Below, in pieces: positions 13,431-26,580 of a DNA stretch of 64,000 nucleotides (the stretch's first letter is position 1; every line of letters starts with the position of its first letter). The position numbers were made by a program, and so were the translations under genes. Below the pieces are notes generated by a model that was not told the origin of the DNA, did not search any database, and saw only the letters and a list, made by a program, of their open reading frames with translations. The stretch is from Perna viridis (Eukaryota). The stretch covers positions 28,768,001 to 28,832,000 of the forward strand of contig CM074516.1 of NCBI GenBank assembly GCA_037379345.1, read 5' to 3'.

Positions 13431-16400
13431 ATCACTGCAACTGTATGTTGAAGTAACTTTGTATGTAGAAACAAAAGATGTATAGATGCTAAACTAAGAA
13501 AGGACAAATCTGAAATCTGTTGATGGATTAATGTATGTACAATCCATAAGTTAAATTCAAATTATCAGTTTATCAGATATTGCTACAACTGGCTAGTTTT
13601 ACAATCCAAAAAAAAGTTGATATGGACTAGTTCTAGTACAAAATGCTTGTTTCAAAATTTCAAGTTATAAAAAGATAAGAGTAAACTGTTAGAAGTTCCT
13701 ACTTATTTTGTCTGCTGTAGGTGACGAGACCTTGCCATGATGGACATGTTTATGGCCCTTTGTTAAGATGTATTTGTATTTTACTGTTATTTATCTTCAT
13801 ATGCACTAATAACATGGTCCTTGGTGAGTACTGTTTTATGACAGGATTTTTGAAAAAAATATTTACCTTGTCAAAAAAGTTGATTTCCTCCATTAAGTAG
13901 GTAATGGAATTTTGAGGACAATTAGGTCATTCTGTTGTCTTCAGTTTGTCCCCTGCTTTTAGATCTAATCCTGACTTGTGGTTTATAAAATTATTTGATG
14001 TCAAATACCTACTGATTAACAGGGCAGTGCATTCTATATTTCAGTCACTTACCAAAAAGTCCACAGAAAGTAATTCTAGTCTTATTTTCTCTTTATTATA
14101 ATTGCAGCATGTGGTTATATTATGATCTGATCTCTTTTCTTACCAAACTTATTCTTTTCTATCCATTTCAGTTTCATTCATAGATTCATAAATAAGAGCA
14201 TATAAAACATTGACCAATGACATGGTGGTCAAAACTTGTAAAGTGTCATCACCCTCTGTAGGATATTTTACTGTCCCTCTGGGTGTCTAGAATGTCATTA
14301 AAACTAATTATAACACTTATATATTGTCCCCTGGTACACCCTGACATTGAAGGCTTATATCATGGCCCCCAATTCATTGTTTCATTGATGCTGAGTTTTA
14401 GTGGCCATAACCATCACCTTTAATTGGTTAAGTATTTACTAGATGCCCATAGACAAAAATAAAAACAGCTGGTGTACAATTAGATCTGTGTATTGACATG
14501 CTCTAAGATGTGTATTGGCATTAATGACTTGGATGGGAAAACTGCTTTGATGTTGTTTGTAAAGTATACAAATAAAGAAAAGATGAAAGTTTGTGAACAC
14601 ATATTTTACTTATTTGTATTAGGGCAGATTGGTTGTTGATTTTGTATTTTGTCTGCCTTTGTTTGTGTTCAAGTATGGTATTTTGATCTTGTCTTTCTAG
14701 TACCGGTACATGTAAAGTGAGTTTTGTATCTTTCAAGTGGTTTGTTAAATTATATTTTCAATATCAATCTTCCTGAAAGAGATTTACATGTTTATAACTT
14801 TTCATAGGTACTTCAAATTATTTCTTAGAAAAGGTATGTTAGGGAGTTTAACTTAGTCATCAAAAAATTGTTCAGTCCTTTTTGTTTGTTTACATATGCT
14901 TTGTTTGAACAAGCTGGGTTCCAGGAAGATTTCAAAAGTACCAATACATTGCCATTTCCAAGATTAAATATCGAGAAATACATGCTTTGTGTATCTTGGT
15001 ATTTCCTTTAAATAATTGAAATGTGTTAGAAGAAACTAATATCAGTTCAAGTATATTCAGAAATTATTATGTTTAACTATAGCAAAAAGGAGATGGAGTT
15101 GTAATAAATTTGTGCATATTTTTAACAAAACAGAAGCTCAATTTAATGGATAATGAAAATAATGGAAATAAAGAAAAAAGTGCTGAAAATTTTCCTGTCA
15201 ATTTTCCATTGTGCATTTTAACTAGATTTGATTAGATTTTTTAGCACATTAAATTATTCTAATATTTTATTCTTATTCCATATCAAATTATATTACTATT
15301 CATAATGTAATGTAATATTTGTTGACGATATTGTGTTTTGTTTTGACATTTTAAGTAGATCACTTCTTTGAAGCGATATCTAGTGAAATCCTTGACTTAA
15401 CCATTTAGCATATAGTTATAAATGTGATTTGAATAATATCATTTATTTATCATTCCATATTTATTACTGTTTGAGAGTACCTTAAGATAACTTCACAATA
15501 AAATTTCACTTCATTTTATATTATGTATAACTGTGACAATTATCTTTACATTGGTTATGTATGTGAATGATTTTATTTGCAAGCATTTGGATTAGGTAAT
15601 ATTTACCATAAACAGTATTTATGACTTTTTTTTACTTCTTTCTTACATAATTTGTTGTAAAATAACAATTACATTTGTTTAATTTGTATTCCAGTGTCAA
15701 ATTATTTGTAATTATATGTCAGAGTAAACAACTAATGTTTGATTACTGGTATCTTAAATAAGATCATTTGATGACTTTGTAATTTGTACCTGCTTCAGGT
15801 AAGACTGGGGCACCATCTGTTCAAATTTTTAGGGTAATTATGTGAGGTACTGACTTAGAAAGGACATAACAATAACTGACAATGATTCATCATTAAACTT
15901 TTATTATTTGTTCTCATCCATAACTACTTTACTATTTCTGTGTGGAGTATAATTTAATTTTTCTATTTAGTTTATATTTTATTCTAAATTATATATAGTA
16001 AATTAAATTGCTATTTGATTTTCAGATTGTAACTCCTGCTTAAGTGTACTTGAATATTTTTTCCTTTTTTATTAAAAAAAACTTATAATAACTTATTAGA
16101 ACCTTAAAAAGTATTTACACACAGCATGCATATAAATCTACTCAAATTAGTTACCTAAGCTTATTCAACTTTTGAGGGGCTTGTATAATATCATAAAAGT
16201 TTTTAAAACAATACACTCTGATTGTAGGAGAGTGATTTAAGGTTTAAGGTCAGAAATTAGTGTTAAGACTCTTCCATCAAAAATTATTCTGTATGAACAT
16301 TCCAACAGTGGAGGGAGCAAGGCAACACCTTGTCTGATGCCTCCAGCTAAATAACACCTTGTCTTGTGTAATTTTACATCTCCTTCTATAAATATTTGGA

Positions 16401-18250
16401 TAGCTAAAGGCCATATATAGATAGTCTATAGGATGTTACAGGGGAGTTAGGTAGTCCAAATAAAGTCTGGTGATAAAAAAGGTGACAAAACAAACCCAAC
16501 TACATTATATGGGTAACCATAGGGGGTTCTAAAGGTACAAATCAAATCAATTATTGGATTAATTTTCATCACATCTAAAATTGTTGGTTGTCATACTTAA
16601 ATTTTGAATCTTATTGTTCCTAGAGTGTCTATTATTTTGTGTAAGTGGAATAATTTGGTATGGAAATGAAATAATTATTTGAAATGACTTTATAAAGCAA
16701 TAGGAAACCAGTGGGGAATCTTGATTTAGGTGATATTGAACTATCAATTATGTCTTCAGTAATACAGATCTAGTTTCTCTAGGAAATTGTTGTGTATTGA
16801 CATGGTAAAATGATGATGGTTTGTGTCTTTCTATGAGTGAAGTCCTCAAGAATTTTTCTTTTCATATTCAGAAAAATTTTAGAATGGGAAAAAAACATAT
16901 TTGGTATTTGCTTCTTTTCATAGCTTATTTATGCCATTGCAACCCAGCAACACATTTGAATATAGAAACAAATGTATTTATTTAAGCATTTTAGACAGGA
17001 AAACTTTTTTTAATGATTTCTGATTATTTATTTACTATTAATTCTAAAATAATTGCCTTGTTTTATGTCCCCTTATAATATCAGCAGTGCCTGTAGCCTT
17101 TTATTTTCATTCTGTCAAATTGTATGATTGTCTAACAACAACACTTGTGAGCACAAAACCTTAAAAACCATACAAAGTTTATATTCCATATCAAATTTTG
17201 GTAAAAAGTTATATGTTATTTTCTGTAAAAATATTATTTTCATGCAGAAAATATTTGTTTTTTTAGGAACTATGCAAGTGAAAGTATGAAAGTAGTCTTG
17301 TAAAGTTTTGGTTTTTTTTATGTTAAGTGAGTTCATTACACTAAGATGTGCATTAAGTATAGGGTTTTTTGTTTTTTTTGAGAATCTGGCAAAATGGGAA
17401 AAATCCGAAACATGTCAAACCCCATCAATCGGACATTATAATTTTTTCTAGGATGCTTTCTCTTTGAAAAGACTATTATTTGATCTTGTTTTTGACAGTT
17501 ATCTGCCTTTGAAATGTTCATTTTCATTGCATTTCAATGAAATTTTAACTCAGTTTTACCAAAATGATATGGAAAATCATGTCTTGTTTCCTAGATTCTG
17601 ATGGTGCAAGTAGTCAAATTACACTTTCAAAATGATGGTTTTTCTCATACCATGTTTCTCCCACTGACTGATTCTTAGAGACTCTGACTTGGGTTCAATT
17701 TTGGATAATTGACTTTTCATATAAACACTTTTTTGAGGTGGACCCTTCCTGGCTTTTCTAGTTATTATTGCAAAAAATATGATTGAGTTACAGCAAGTAT
17801 TTCTGCTATAAAAATCATTGGTAGAAATATCTACAATTTTTTTTATACTTTTTCCTGATATTGTAAAAGCTAGAGTTCAAGATAACAAAATCATGGTAAT
17901 GAGTGCACTGATGCAGTATAATGGTGTTACTTTACTTAGTTGTGTTTTATAAGAATATTTTTCTTGTTTCCAAAATATTAAGTTGTAAAAATCTTCAAAT
18001 ATTCAGTGATCTCCTTTGAATTAGGAAAGGATAATGAATTTGTTTATTTACATACTTATTTTCTTCCTTTATTAGTGAAAATCTGTCACTCTAACTTAGA
18101 TGGCATTAGTAAAAATTTCGAACCACTGTAATAGCAAGAAGTTAATCTGTGTCCATTGTTTTTACTGTTGATTGTAAATATCCATACAAGTACATGTAGT
18201 AGTATTTACCCCCTACATGTACCAGAGTAAAAGTGTCAACAAGTATTTAA

Positions 18251-18673
18251 GGGGATAAATCTGCCTGTAGGTTTTCTGTTTATGCCTAATTACACTTAAT
18301 TCTCCTGTAAATTGGCCCTGGTAAAAATATTGTCAAACATATATTAAAGTCATATTAAATTTGAAGTTCAGAAATTATTGATTAAACAGTTGAGTTGTCA
18401 TAGAAATATTTCTGCCTGTAGTCACACTTTTTTACAACATTAACATAAATTTTTAGACAACATTTGTATAAAATTCAACACTTCAAAGGAAAATTTGAGT
18501 CTGAAGGACTAAATTATCATAAAGATGTATATTTAATTCTTAAAATGTTGTAGATTTTAGATCTTTGGTATAGGGATTGAAGACCTGCTGCACTATACTG
18601 ATCTCAGTGCTTGATAAAGTGAATATTAAGCAATATTTGGATAATTTTAATTTATAAGTGAAGATTTATCCCC
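18251..18673. mobile_element. Decayed TTAA-flanked MITE (Kolobok-like)
   Basis: TTAA|GGGGATAAATCT ... AGATTTATCCCC|TTAA: perfect 12-bp TIRs at the ends of a 423-bp element. Confidence 0.6.
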
Positions 18674-21282
18674 TTAAATGTTATGAAATGGCCAATATCG
18701 TGGCCAATATCGCTTTATCCACATCAAATAACTTATTGGTATTCATAATATTGCAGATAATATTCTGTAATATTTGCAGACTTGATACAAGATTTTAACT
18801 TTTATACATAATTTTTAACTATATGTTTTATAATTTAATTTGCTAAAGTTGATTTTGTTGTTGTTTTCCTATTTATTCCTAAATGGTTGGGACAATAACC
18901 CTCAAACTTGATACCAATATTCCTTTGTAGATCTTTGAAAACTCTAGATGTTTAAAAACATGTGAATTGATAATGCCAATATGGGTAAATGCGTAAATAG
19001 ACCCTTTGACTACTTGTGACATGATTTGTACTTTCTTATGGCATTTGCTCAGTCTGATCACATTGCCACAACCCAGAAACGTCATTGTCACTCAGTGATA
19101 TATATAGAAAGAACATTGGCTATGAGGAAACTTAAGTGGGTGGGAGACCCGACAGGGTAGTCAAAGACTTTAAAAAAAAACTCAGTCAGTCTACAAGGAC
19201 ATACAAAACAACCAAAACCTGAAACATATTCTGTAGATTGTGTTCAGTTCGACACTACCATGCTTTACAATTAATCAAAATGGATATAAAATGAATTCTG
19301 ATAAATAGTTGATGTTTTTTTTAAATGGTTTTACCTTCATGTTCGTTTGTATTTATTATACAGAATATTTTTGTAGGTTGTTAGTGTTATGAATGTTACA
19401 AAAAAAATGTCATTAGTTTATTGTCCCTTCCTTATCATTGTTCAAAATTCAAGTTTGGGAGACATATGTCTCAAAATTTTTCTTATTATTTTTTTTCTCT
19501 ATATCTGTAATCGGATTCATTATTTACAAATAATCAGGCGAATTTAAAGCCAACACTGAGGAAATGTGTGAGAAAGGTTACACTCCTGGTTAATCCTTGA
19601 TCCTTGGGTCATTTCTTTACTGTTATAACCCTGCTTGAACTTTTCCTTGAGCTTTCAAAACCCTAAAAATTACCGTTATATTTTAGAAAAAGGTCTTTTT
19701 CATTCAGCAATGGTCATTATTTGAGACAAATGGTTTGTATTCGTAAATAACTATTAAATTTATTAAAATACTTTTTTATTCCCTAAGCAATAAAATATGT
19801 TAAGTATAGGGTATGGGTAGAACACGAATTATCACCTTTATCTAAAAGTCAATAAAAACATAAAATTCATTCCATTGTTGTTAAAAAATGCTGTCGGTTC
19901 TCAAAAAAAGAGAAAGATTGCAAACAACAATTACTCCAATGTTTGCATTTTTCAACTATATGAAGCTGTTTATTTTGTTCGGGGCAAATCAGTTACCATG
20001 AAAACACAAAGAGTTAGTAACAAAAGAAGGGAATTGACCTCCGATTTATCAGATACTTGCCGATTTTGAACAATTATTTTGAGGCATTTAAGAAACTTGT
20101 ATTCTTATTGAAAACAAGGCTGCATTCTTTTAGATTGACTACCTTGACGGCAATAATTGTTCTTGATGTTCCTCCTCCTCTTTGAAGTACCGATTGATAC
20201 ACATTATGATTCAACCAATAAGTTACTCACACGCAAATTTTTCCCTTGCTTCCCTTTACTTGAAGAATTAATTTTATCTTTTCTGTCAGTCCGTCCTTTT
20301 TCACCCTTGTAAAAAAATTGAGGATAACATTTTAATTGGTTTGAATGCATTTTAACATTGCTTGGGAATTCTTGCTATAGTAAAATGAATGGACAGTCCT
20401 TCAAAAAATATTTGGAATAATGTTTCCTGTCTCATCGATGGAAACGTTGCTACGAATGGTAAAACAGAGCCCGTTTTGCATAATTTCCAATTAGCTTTGA
20501 CTTTATTTTCTTACCTAAAAGATGCACAATTTGTGTTTTGGCTGTGTCTTGCATTTTTTCTTTACTGTCACACTAACAGTTAATAAGCTACATAATTTAT
20601 TCAAACTTTAACCATCTTAGCGGCTGATGTTACAAAATGTCGTAAATTTAGTGTCATCAAATATTTCATTATTCATCACATCAAACCGGTAAAATGAAGT
20701 TTTTATTGAATTTTCCACTGTTAATTCAAAATACCTCGAATTCCGTGGAAATCTTTAACAAAGACTGTTGTCATTTTACTGTTATAAAGTCGTCAGTTGC
20801 ATCTTTGTTGGGCGATCGTTTTGCATTTAAAATGTGTTAAGAAACAACGGCTTTGTAATATTTGATGAGATTGTGCCGGAATGTCAGATAGATTCACCTT
20901 TAAGACAGGTGCATCAGACCTGAATACACATTCATTAAGATTCTTTGATCTGCATTTTGATAAATTGTAGAAATTCGAATGTCTTCATTTGACCCAGTCT
21001 TATCTTGATTTGTCTTGGCCATTGGAAGATCTTAGCTGATTAGTAACTGCATATGGCATACCTCGATTGCTCAGAAATTTGAAAACCATGATAGCTTCAA
21101 CCATGTGCAGTTTGTTTTAAAGAAATTGGTGGCACGCACTAATATTTGGTCAAGTACTACATGTTTGAATCGTCTTAACTTTCTCAATTGCCGTTCCCAT
21201 CCTCTTGTAGACTACATTCTTTTTCGAATTTACTTTAAAAATGCCTAAGATGTCTCCATTAGTGGACATAGACGGGCAATAC

Positions 21283-21540
21283 TTTTTTGTCGCCCGCCAC
21301 TACGCGGAAGGGGCATAGAAATACTGGTGTCTGTGCGTCCGGCCGTTACACTTTGTGGACGCAACTCCTCGGAAACCGCTGTGCGGATTTTGTTCAAATT
21401 TTGTAGGATTGTTGGTCACCATATGTAGTTGATCATATTGTACTGCAATTTTGATTTGTCAAATTTACAGGAGTTATGGGACTTTTACACTCAAATTTTA
21501 GGGCAGTGGGGAACATATGGCTACGTGTAGTTATCTTGTT
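21283..21540 (+). mobile_element. Non-autonomous Helentron/HINE (DINE-1/pearl-like) element
   Basis: T-tract, then cgcccgcc...ggggcata subterminal repeat, gtctgtgcgtccg microsatellite relic, gcaactcctcggaaaccgct...ggattttgttcaaattttg core, ggagttatgggactt, and a 3' ggggaacat...cttgtt end. Confidence 0.7.
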
Positions 21541-24500
21541 GTTTTCACTGGTGGTTTAAAGCATCTTTTGTCACCAAATTGCACTGAAAACTTGTTGCTT
21601 ATGTTTGCAAGTATCTAGTCACTTTTCACTTTGCTATAATTTTGAACTTAGTTTTAGAAAATGTCTCAATACCACACTAAAGTAATTGATTAAACATACC
21701 TTTGGTGGATTATGAAGTGCAAGGTGCAGCAACACTTTTAAAAGACACGGTTTGAAAAAAAACGATATAGAATTAGCAATGGTAAAATATAAGTGAATAG
21801 TTATACAACTGGTCCTGTCGTATGTCAAAGTAAAGTATGGTACATTTTTGTATTATATTTGTATACATCCTTACAACACCGACTATCCATCCTCTTGGTT
21901 TATTTCTAGATCTACTCTTTGGCTATACATAAATTATCTATACGATTATTATAATGCTCATTTACAGTAATGAAATTAAACATAAAATTAGCATACTTCC
22001 GGACCTCCGGATATGACCGTTTATATCATGTAGATTTTTTGTTGTTTTGAATGTCGTCAAGAAAATGATCTAAGGTACCTCAAGACCTTGTCCCGAAGTT
22101 AACCCTTATAATTCATTTTTTTAACACGTTATCCTTTAATGATGCCTTCTAAAGATTAAGTAAGTCGAATTGGTACGTTTTTGCATAATTCTTTCAGTGA
22201 AAGGATTTTTTATACTTCAGAAGCGGCTGAAGCATGAACAACACCGTGTTTTAGTGCTGGTATAACAAGGTTGCGAACTGAGTTGTAATCACTCATAAAT
22301 GTTCATATCTTGCAAAATAATACATTACAATATTATGGTTCAGATTTGTTTCGTTTAAATGCGTTTTATAGTATGTTTTCTCTGATATAATGGTCATGGT
22401 GTTGTATTATTCTGCAGTAGTACAAGTTAATCTGCATGTAACTCGGTTATTTCCTGCCCTTTGATCGATTGCTTCTTTATTTGATGACCATTTCCATGAA
22501 ATAAGAATATGACATATTTGATTTTAATTCATATACCAGAGCCATCAATATAATACCCAGTAGTCGTCTACCTGTTGACGATAATGTACCCATTGTAATA
22601 AAACAGTTATTGTAATACAGAAGTCTCACTTTATACCCTACAAGGATGTTCAATGACCTTTCAGTTAAACGATCTTTATGAATGAAATTCTTCTGAACTA
22701 TTTTTTTTCCATTCATGATAACGAATTGTGTGACAAGCGATTTATTTGATGTCACCTTGGGGTACTGTGAAATTGTCGTCTGCTTAACCATTGTTAACGT
22801 TTGATCTTATCATGTCTTAAATATGAAGAAATTATTAAGTTATAACTACGAAATTGGTAAAATGACGTAGATTTTAATCGTGTCGGCATAAATTCCATTC
22901 CAGAAATTTAGTTGTTAAATCGGCCCCTTATTGTACCTCTTTAAATAAGTAAGTGGTGTGTGGCCTGAGGTTGAGCTGGTCAACTGTTATGGGACTTAGA
23001 TCCTATGTATTTTGAAGTTGTCATATGGAACGTTATTTCAACTTATTTATGACTTTTATGACAATTCAGACTTCCTGTCCTTTGTCTTAGTTTCTTTGTC
23101 CTGTTTATTATCCCATAGTCATGCACGTGACAGAAAATCATCTATCTTTGATTACGTCACTTCAACGTTGCTTAAAATTATGACACTCCTGTGCAAACGA
23201 AAGAACAAAACTATTTTGAAACTATTAGAATGATACAAGCAATAATTTGACGCGCAGAAGGACCATTTTATACGTATGTTTTTATTTATTTTTTAACAGC
23301 AATAAAATTGTTTTTACAACAGGTTTTCAATGAATTTAATTTTATCAAACACAACAGAGGACATTTAGCCTGATCATGAAAAATGTTAGAAATTTTTATC
23401 TTTCTGAATTAAAATGCCTTTCAAATGCTCCGAGGTTAAAGGACAATAAATCACAATTATAGTGGGAATTTCATTTTATTGCAGATCCCCATATAACTAA
23501 TAATAAACGTGTATACTGGATTGATATTTATGCCCTGATATACGGTCCTGATAAGACCTAGCTTGGACCTATGCTTTCCTTGGGTCAACCGTATTCAGTT
23601 TCTTTGGTCTCTTTATTGTTTGATTATTGGCACATTTTATCTGTTGAAGGTGCAATTAAGTACATTTATCGTCTTCAGGGCACGACCCAGTACATTATGT
23701 TTAAAATGTTAATTTTGGATGCTGTTCAACTTTTTACTTAGCGGTGTCTTAGAACTCTTGTTATGAAGGCGACAAGAAAGACGATTAGGGATTCAATTTT
23801 TTTCTTCAAAGATTTACATGTAGTTAATAATGGTGACAATTATTATTTACCAATATCTTGGGAAACGGGTATTTTAAAGAAAATGAAGAGACTGAAATAA
23901 CAAACATCCTTAAATAAATTCAAAGTAAATGTAATACACTTAAAATGTAGATGATAGAGAGCAATTAACATTAAAATATATGAAAAAATTCCCTCATGGT
24001 ACAGAACGGATCACGTTTGTAGTTGTTAGTTTGTTAGATGTTCGAATCAAATGTCATTGGCGTATGCATTTACATGTAAAAACAAATAACTCAAAGGTTA
24101 ATCGTAGATTTGACCATTTATTATATGTCATGAATTTCTGTCATGAAGCTTAACTTAATCTTCGAAAGTAAAAAAAACAGGGGATCTAAACAATCTTATC
24201 CTAGGCGGTGTGACAGTAATTTCTGTACTTATTTAAAATATGTAAATGATTGTACAGCTTACATAACAAAACGAAATTAAACCTTTCGAATTCCTCAATA
24301 AAAGAATGTTTTACATGTATACGCCTCGACCTTCAATTGAGTGCAAAATATGCCATTTTCTTCATGCAGACAAATAATGCTATTTCATGAGTTTTTCATT
24401 TGATCCCACTAACAGAGAAGAATCTAATTTTAAAGCATCAATTTTAGTATAAATAAGAAAAAAAACTCGACGACAGTAATCTCCATATAGGTGGCTGTAT

Positions 24501-26452
24501 CACCTTTGATGTAGGGTATTCAGTGACAAATGTTTCTATTTATTTGGACAATAAAAACCAATCAACTCATCTCCTATATCACTTCTTTTGAAACCTAATG
24601 ATGTAATTACTTATCTCCCCTTACTCAAATTATACCCTTCACAGCATACCATTGTCGTAAAGGGTTAACAATCCATTTGTCCTCAAGTGAGGAAGAATAT
24701 ATAAAGAATTGTCATCCATTAAGACTGAGTCTAAGTTTCTTCAAATACGAGGTGGCCTTTATATGTTGTGTCATGTGTGCAGAAGGCCTTGATAGAATAA
24801 TCAGATATAAAGAGATAGTCCAAAGAACAATCAGCCACCTCCCTTTGAACCCTTGAAAGTCGGTCATTTTGGGTGTTCTGGGCAACTTTTAGAGTGATTA
24901 AATGATGCATTTTGGAACTTGAATTGTCAATTGTTGTTAACTGTTTTGTTACCCTTTGAGTTTTTTTTTTTTAATTTCATGAAATGTGTCCATGTGCCTT
25001 GTGTATATGAATGGTGACAGTAAAGGACCTTTTGAAACATTGCACTTGGAAGTTGTTTCCACGTGATGACTTCTAAGACCTTAGTTTCGATTGCAGGTAC
25101 ATTTGCGAGTTGCGAGTTCCTATGCTACGATTTTTTTAAGCTAAATGTTCTCTAAATGTTTTATCAGTTGTCTTTGAACTGTTATGACGTACAGTTGTCA
25201 TCAAATTCTGTGTTTTTGTTTCATATGTGACTCCCAATTATATTGAGCGCAATTGTTTGAATCGACCTGATTGTCCGAGTCTTAGTTCCCTTGATTACAC
25301 TTTATTCGTGAAATCTTCTCTTTTTCTTCCTTTATATTTTGTGTCCTCTCTTATGTGGAGGTCTGGTATTCCTAATTACATCATTATTGATATATAAGCG
25401 AAACTGTCATTCCAAATAGTCGTAAGTTATTTTTATTTTGACTTATTCGAAAGTTATGAACCTGTTGGTCAGCAGACAATTATATGGACGGACAGTTATT
25501 ATTGTGGAAAATGTCAGATTGCATTGACATTCCAACAGACAGGTGTTGGTCATTTCTCTTTCTACTCCTACATTATCTTGTCATCTTACCATGTCATTCT
25601 TTAACCAACCTACCGAATACACATAGTTCGGACTCTTTGTGCCACTCATTAGGGGGTTGAACAAGCCATATTTAGCATTGTACGTCTCCATTACTAGTAT
25701 TAGTCAAGTCTGTAATACCTTTTCTCTGTCCCAATTATAACCTCTATCGGGTATTTATGAAAGTGTCATGAATTTCATGCAAAAACTGTGAGAAAATGTC
25801 CTAATAAAGGTGTTGTCACGTTTTAATCGGTATTGCACAATATATGAACCTGGTGACTTCTACTTGACCGCTGTTGATCATCTATAGGAGGCTGCAGAGC
25901 GAGATGACATTCAAAAGCAGTACAGATTTCTGGGTTCGTACACTTCAAGTGGAGTCAAATGCAGCACAAAACTTTCCTATTGTTGACTTCACAGTCCTTG
26001 AAACATGTCAAATTCCTTAGCTGACCGAATATGACTTGTCGCAAAAATGTGTTGTGTTATTCACGAAGTTACCAGGTTATTGGGGTTAGAGGCATAAATT
26101 ATTATTTGATATTTTACGTTTTTCTCTTAATAAATGAAATCATTTAACATGCTTCACCTTCAACGGCACTTGTTTTAAAGTAACTTGAATGTGTATTGTA
26201 ATATTCATTACTAAATAAATAGCGTGCCCGAATGAATTTTAATGTATCGAGTATGAATAGACAGGAAGTGTAAATTGTTATAAATGAGAGGTTTATATAT
26301 CAGCACAGATTGTGCATTCGATTAAGGTGACAGCTGTAAGGGGTGAATAGTCTTTACTACTCTGCACCATCTGTTGCAGTGGCTATATATACTTCTTGTC
26401 ATTTTTTTGTTGCATTACTACCATGTCAACCACATACTGTTTGCAGTGTACC

Positions 26453-26580
26453 NNNNNNNNNNNNNNNNNNNNNNNNNNNNNNNNNNNNNNNNNNNNNNNN
26501 NNNNNNNNNNNNNNNNNNNNNNNNNNNNNNNNNNNNNNNNNNNNNNNNNNNNNNNNNNNNNNNNNNNNNNNNNNNNNNNN
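26453..26580. other. Assembly gap
   Basis: Run of N. Confidence 1.

Noticed and set aside
18689-18712. Direct duplication tggccaatatcg x2
   Set aside because: A single 12-bp tandem duplication, most simply slippage or a repair scar.
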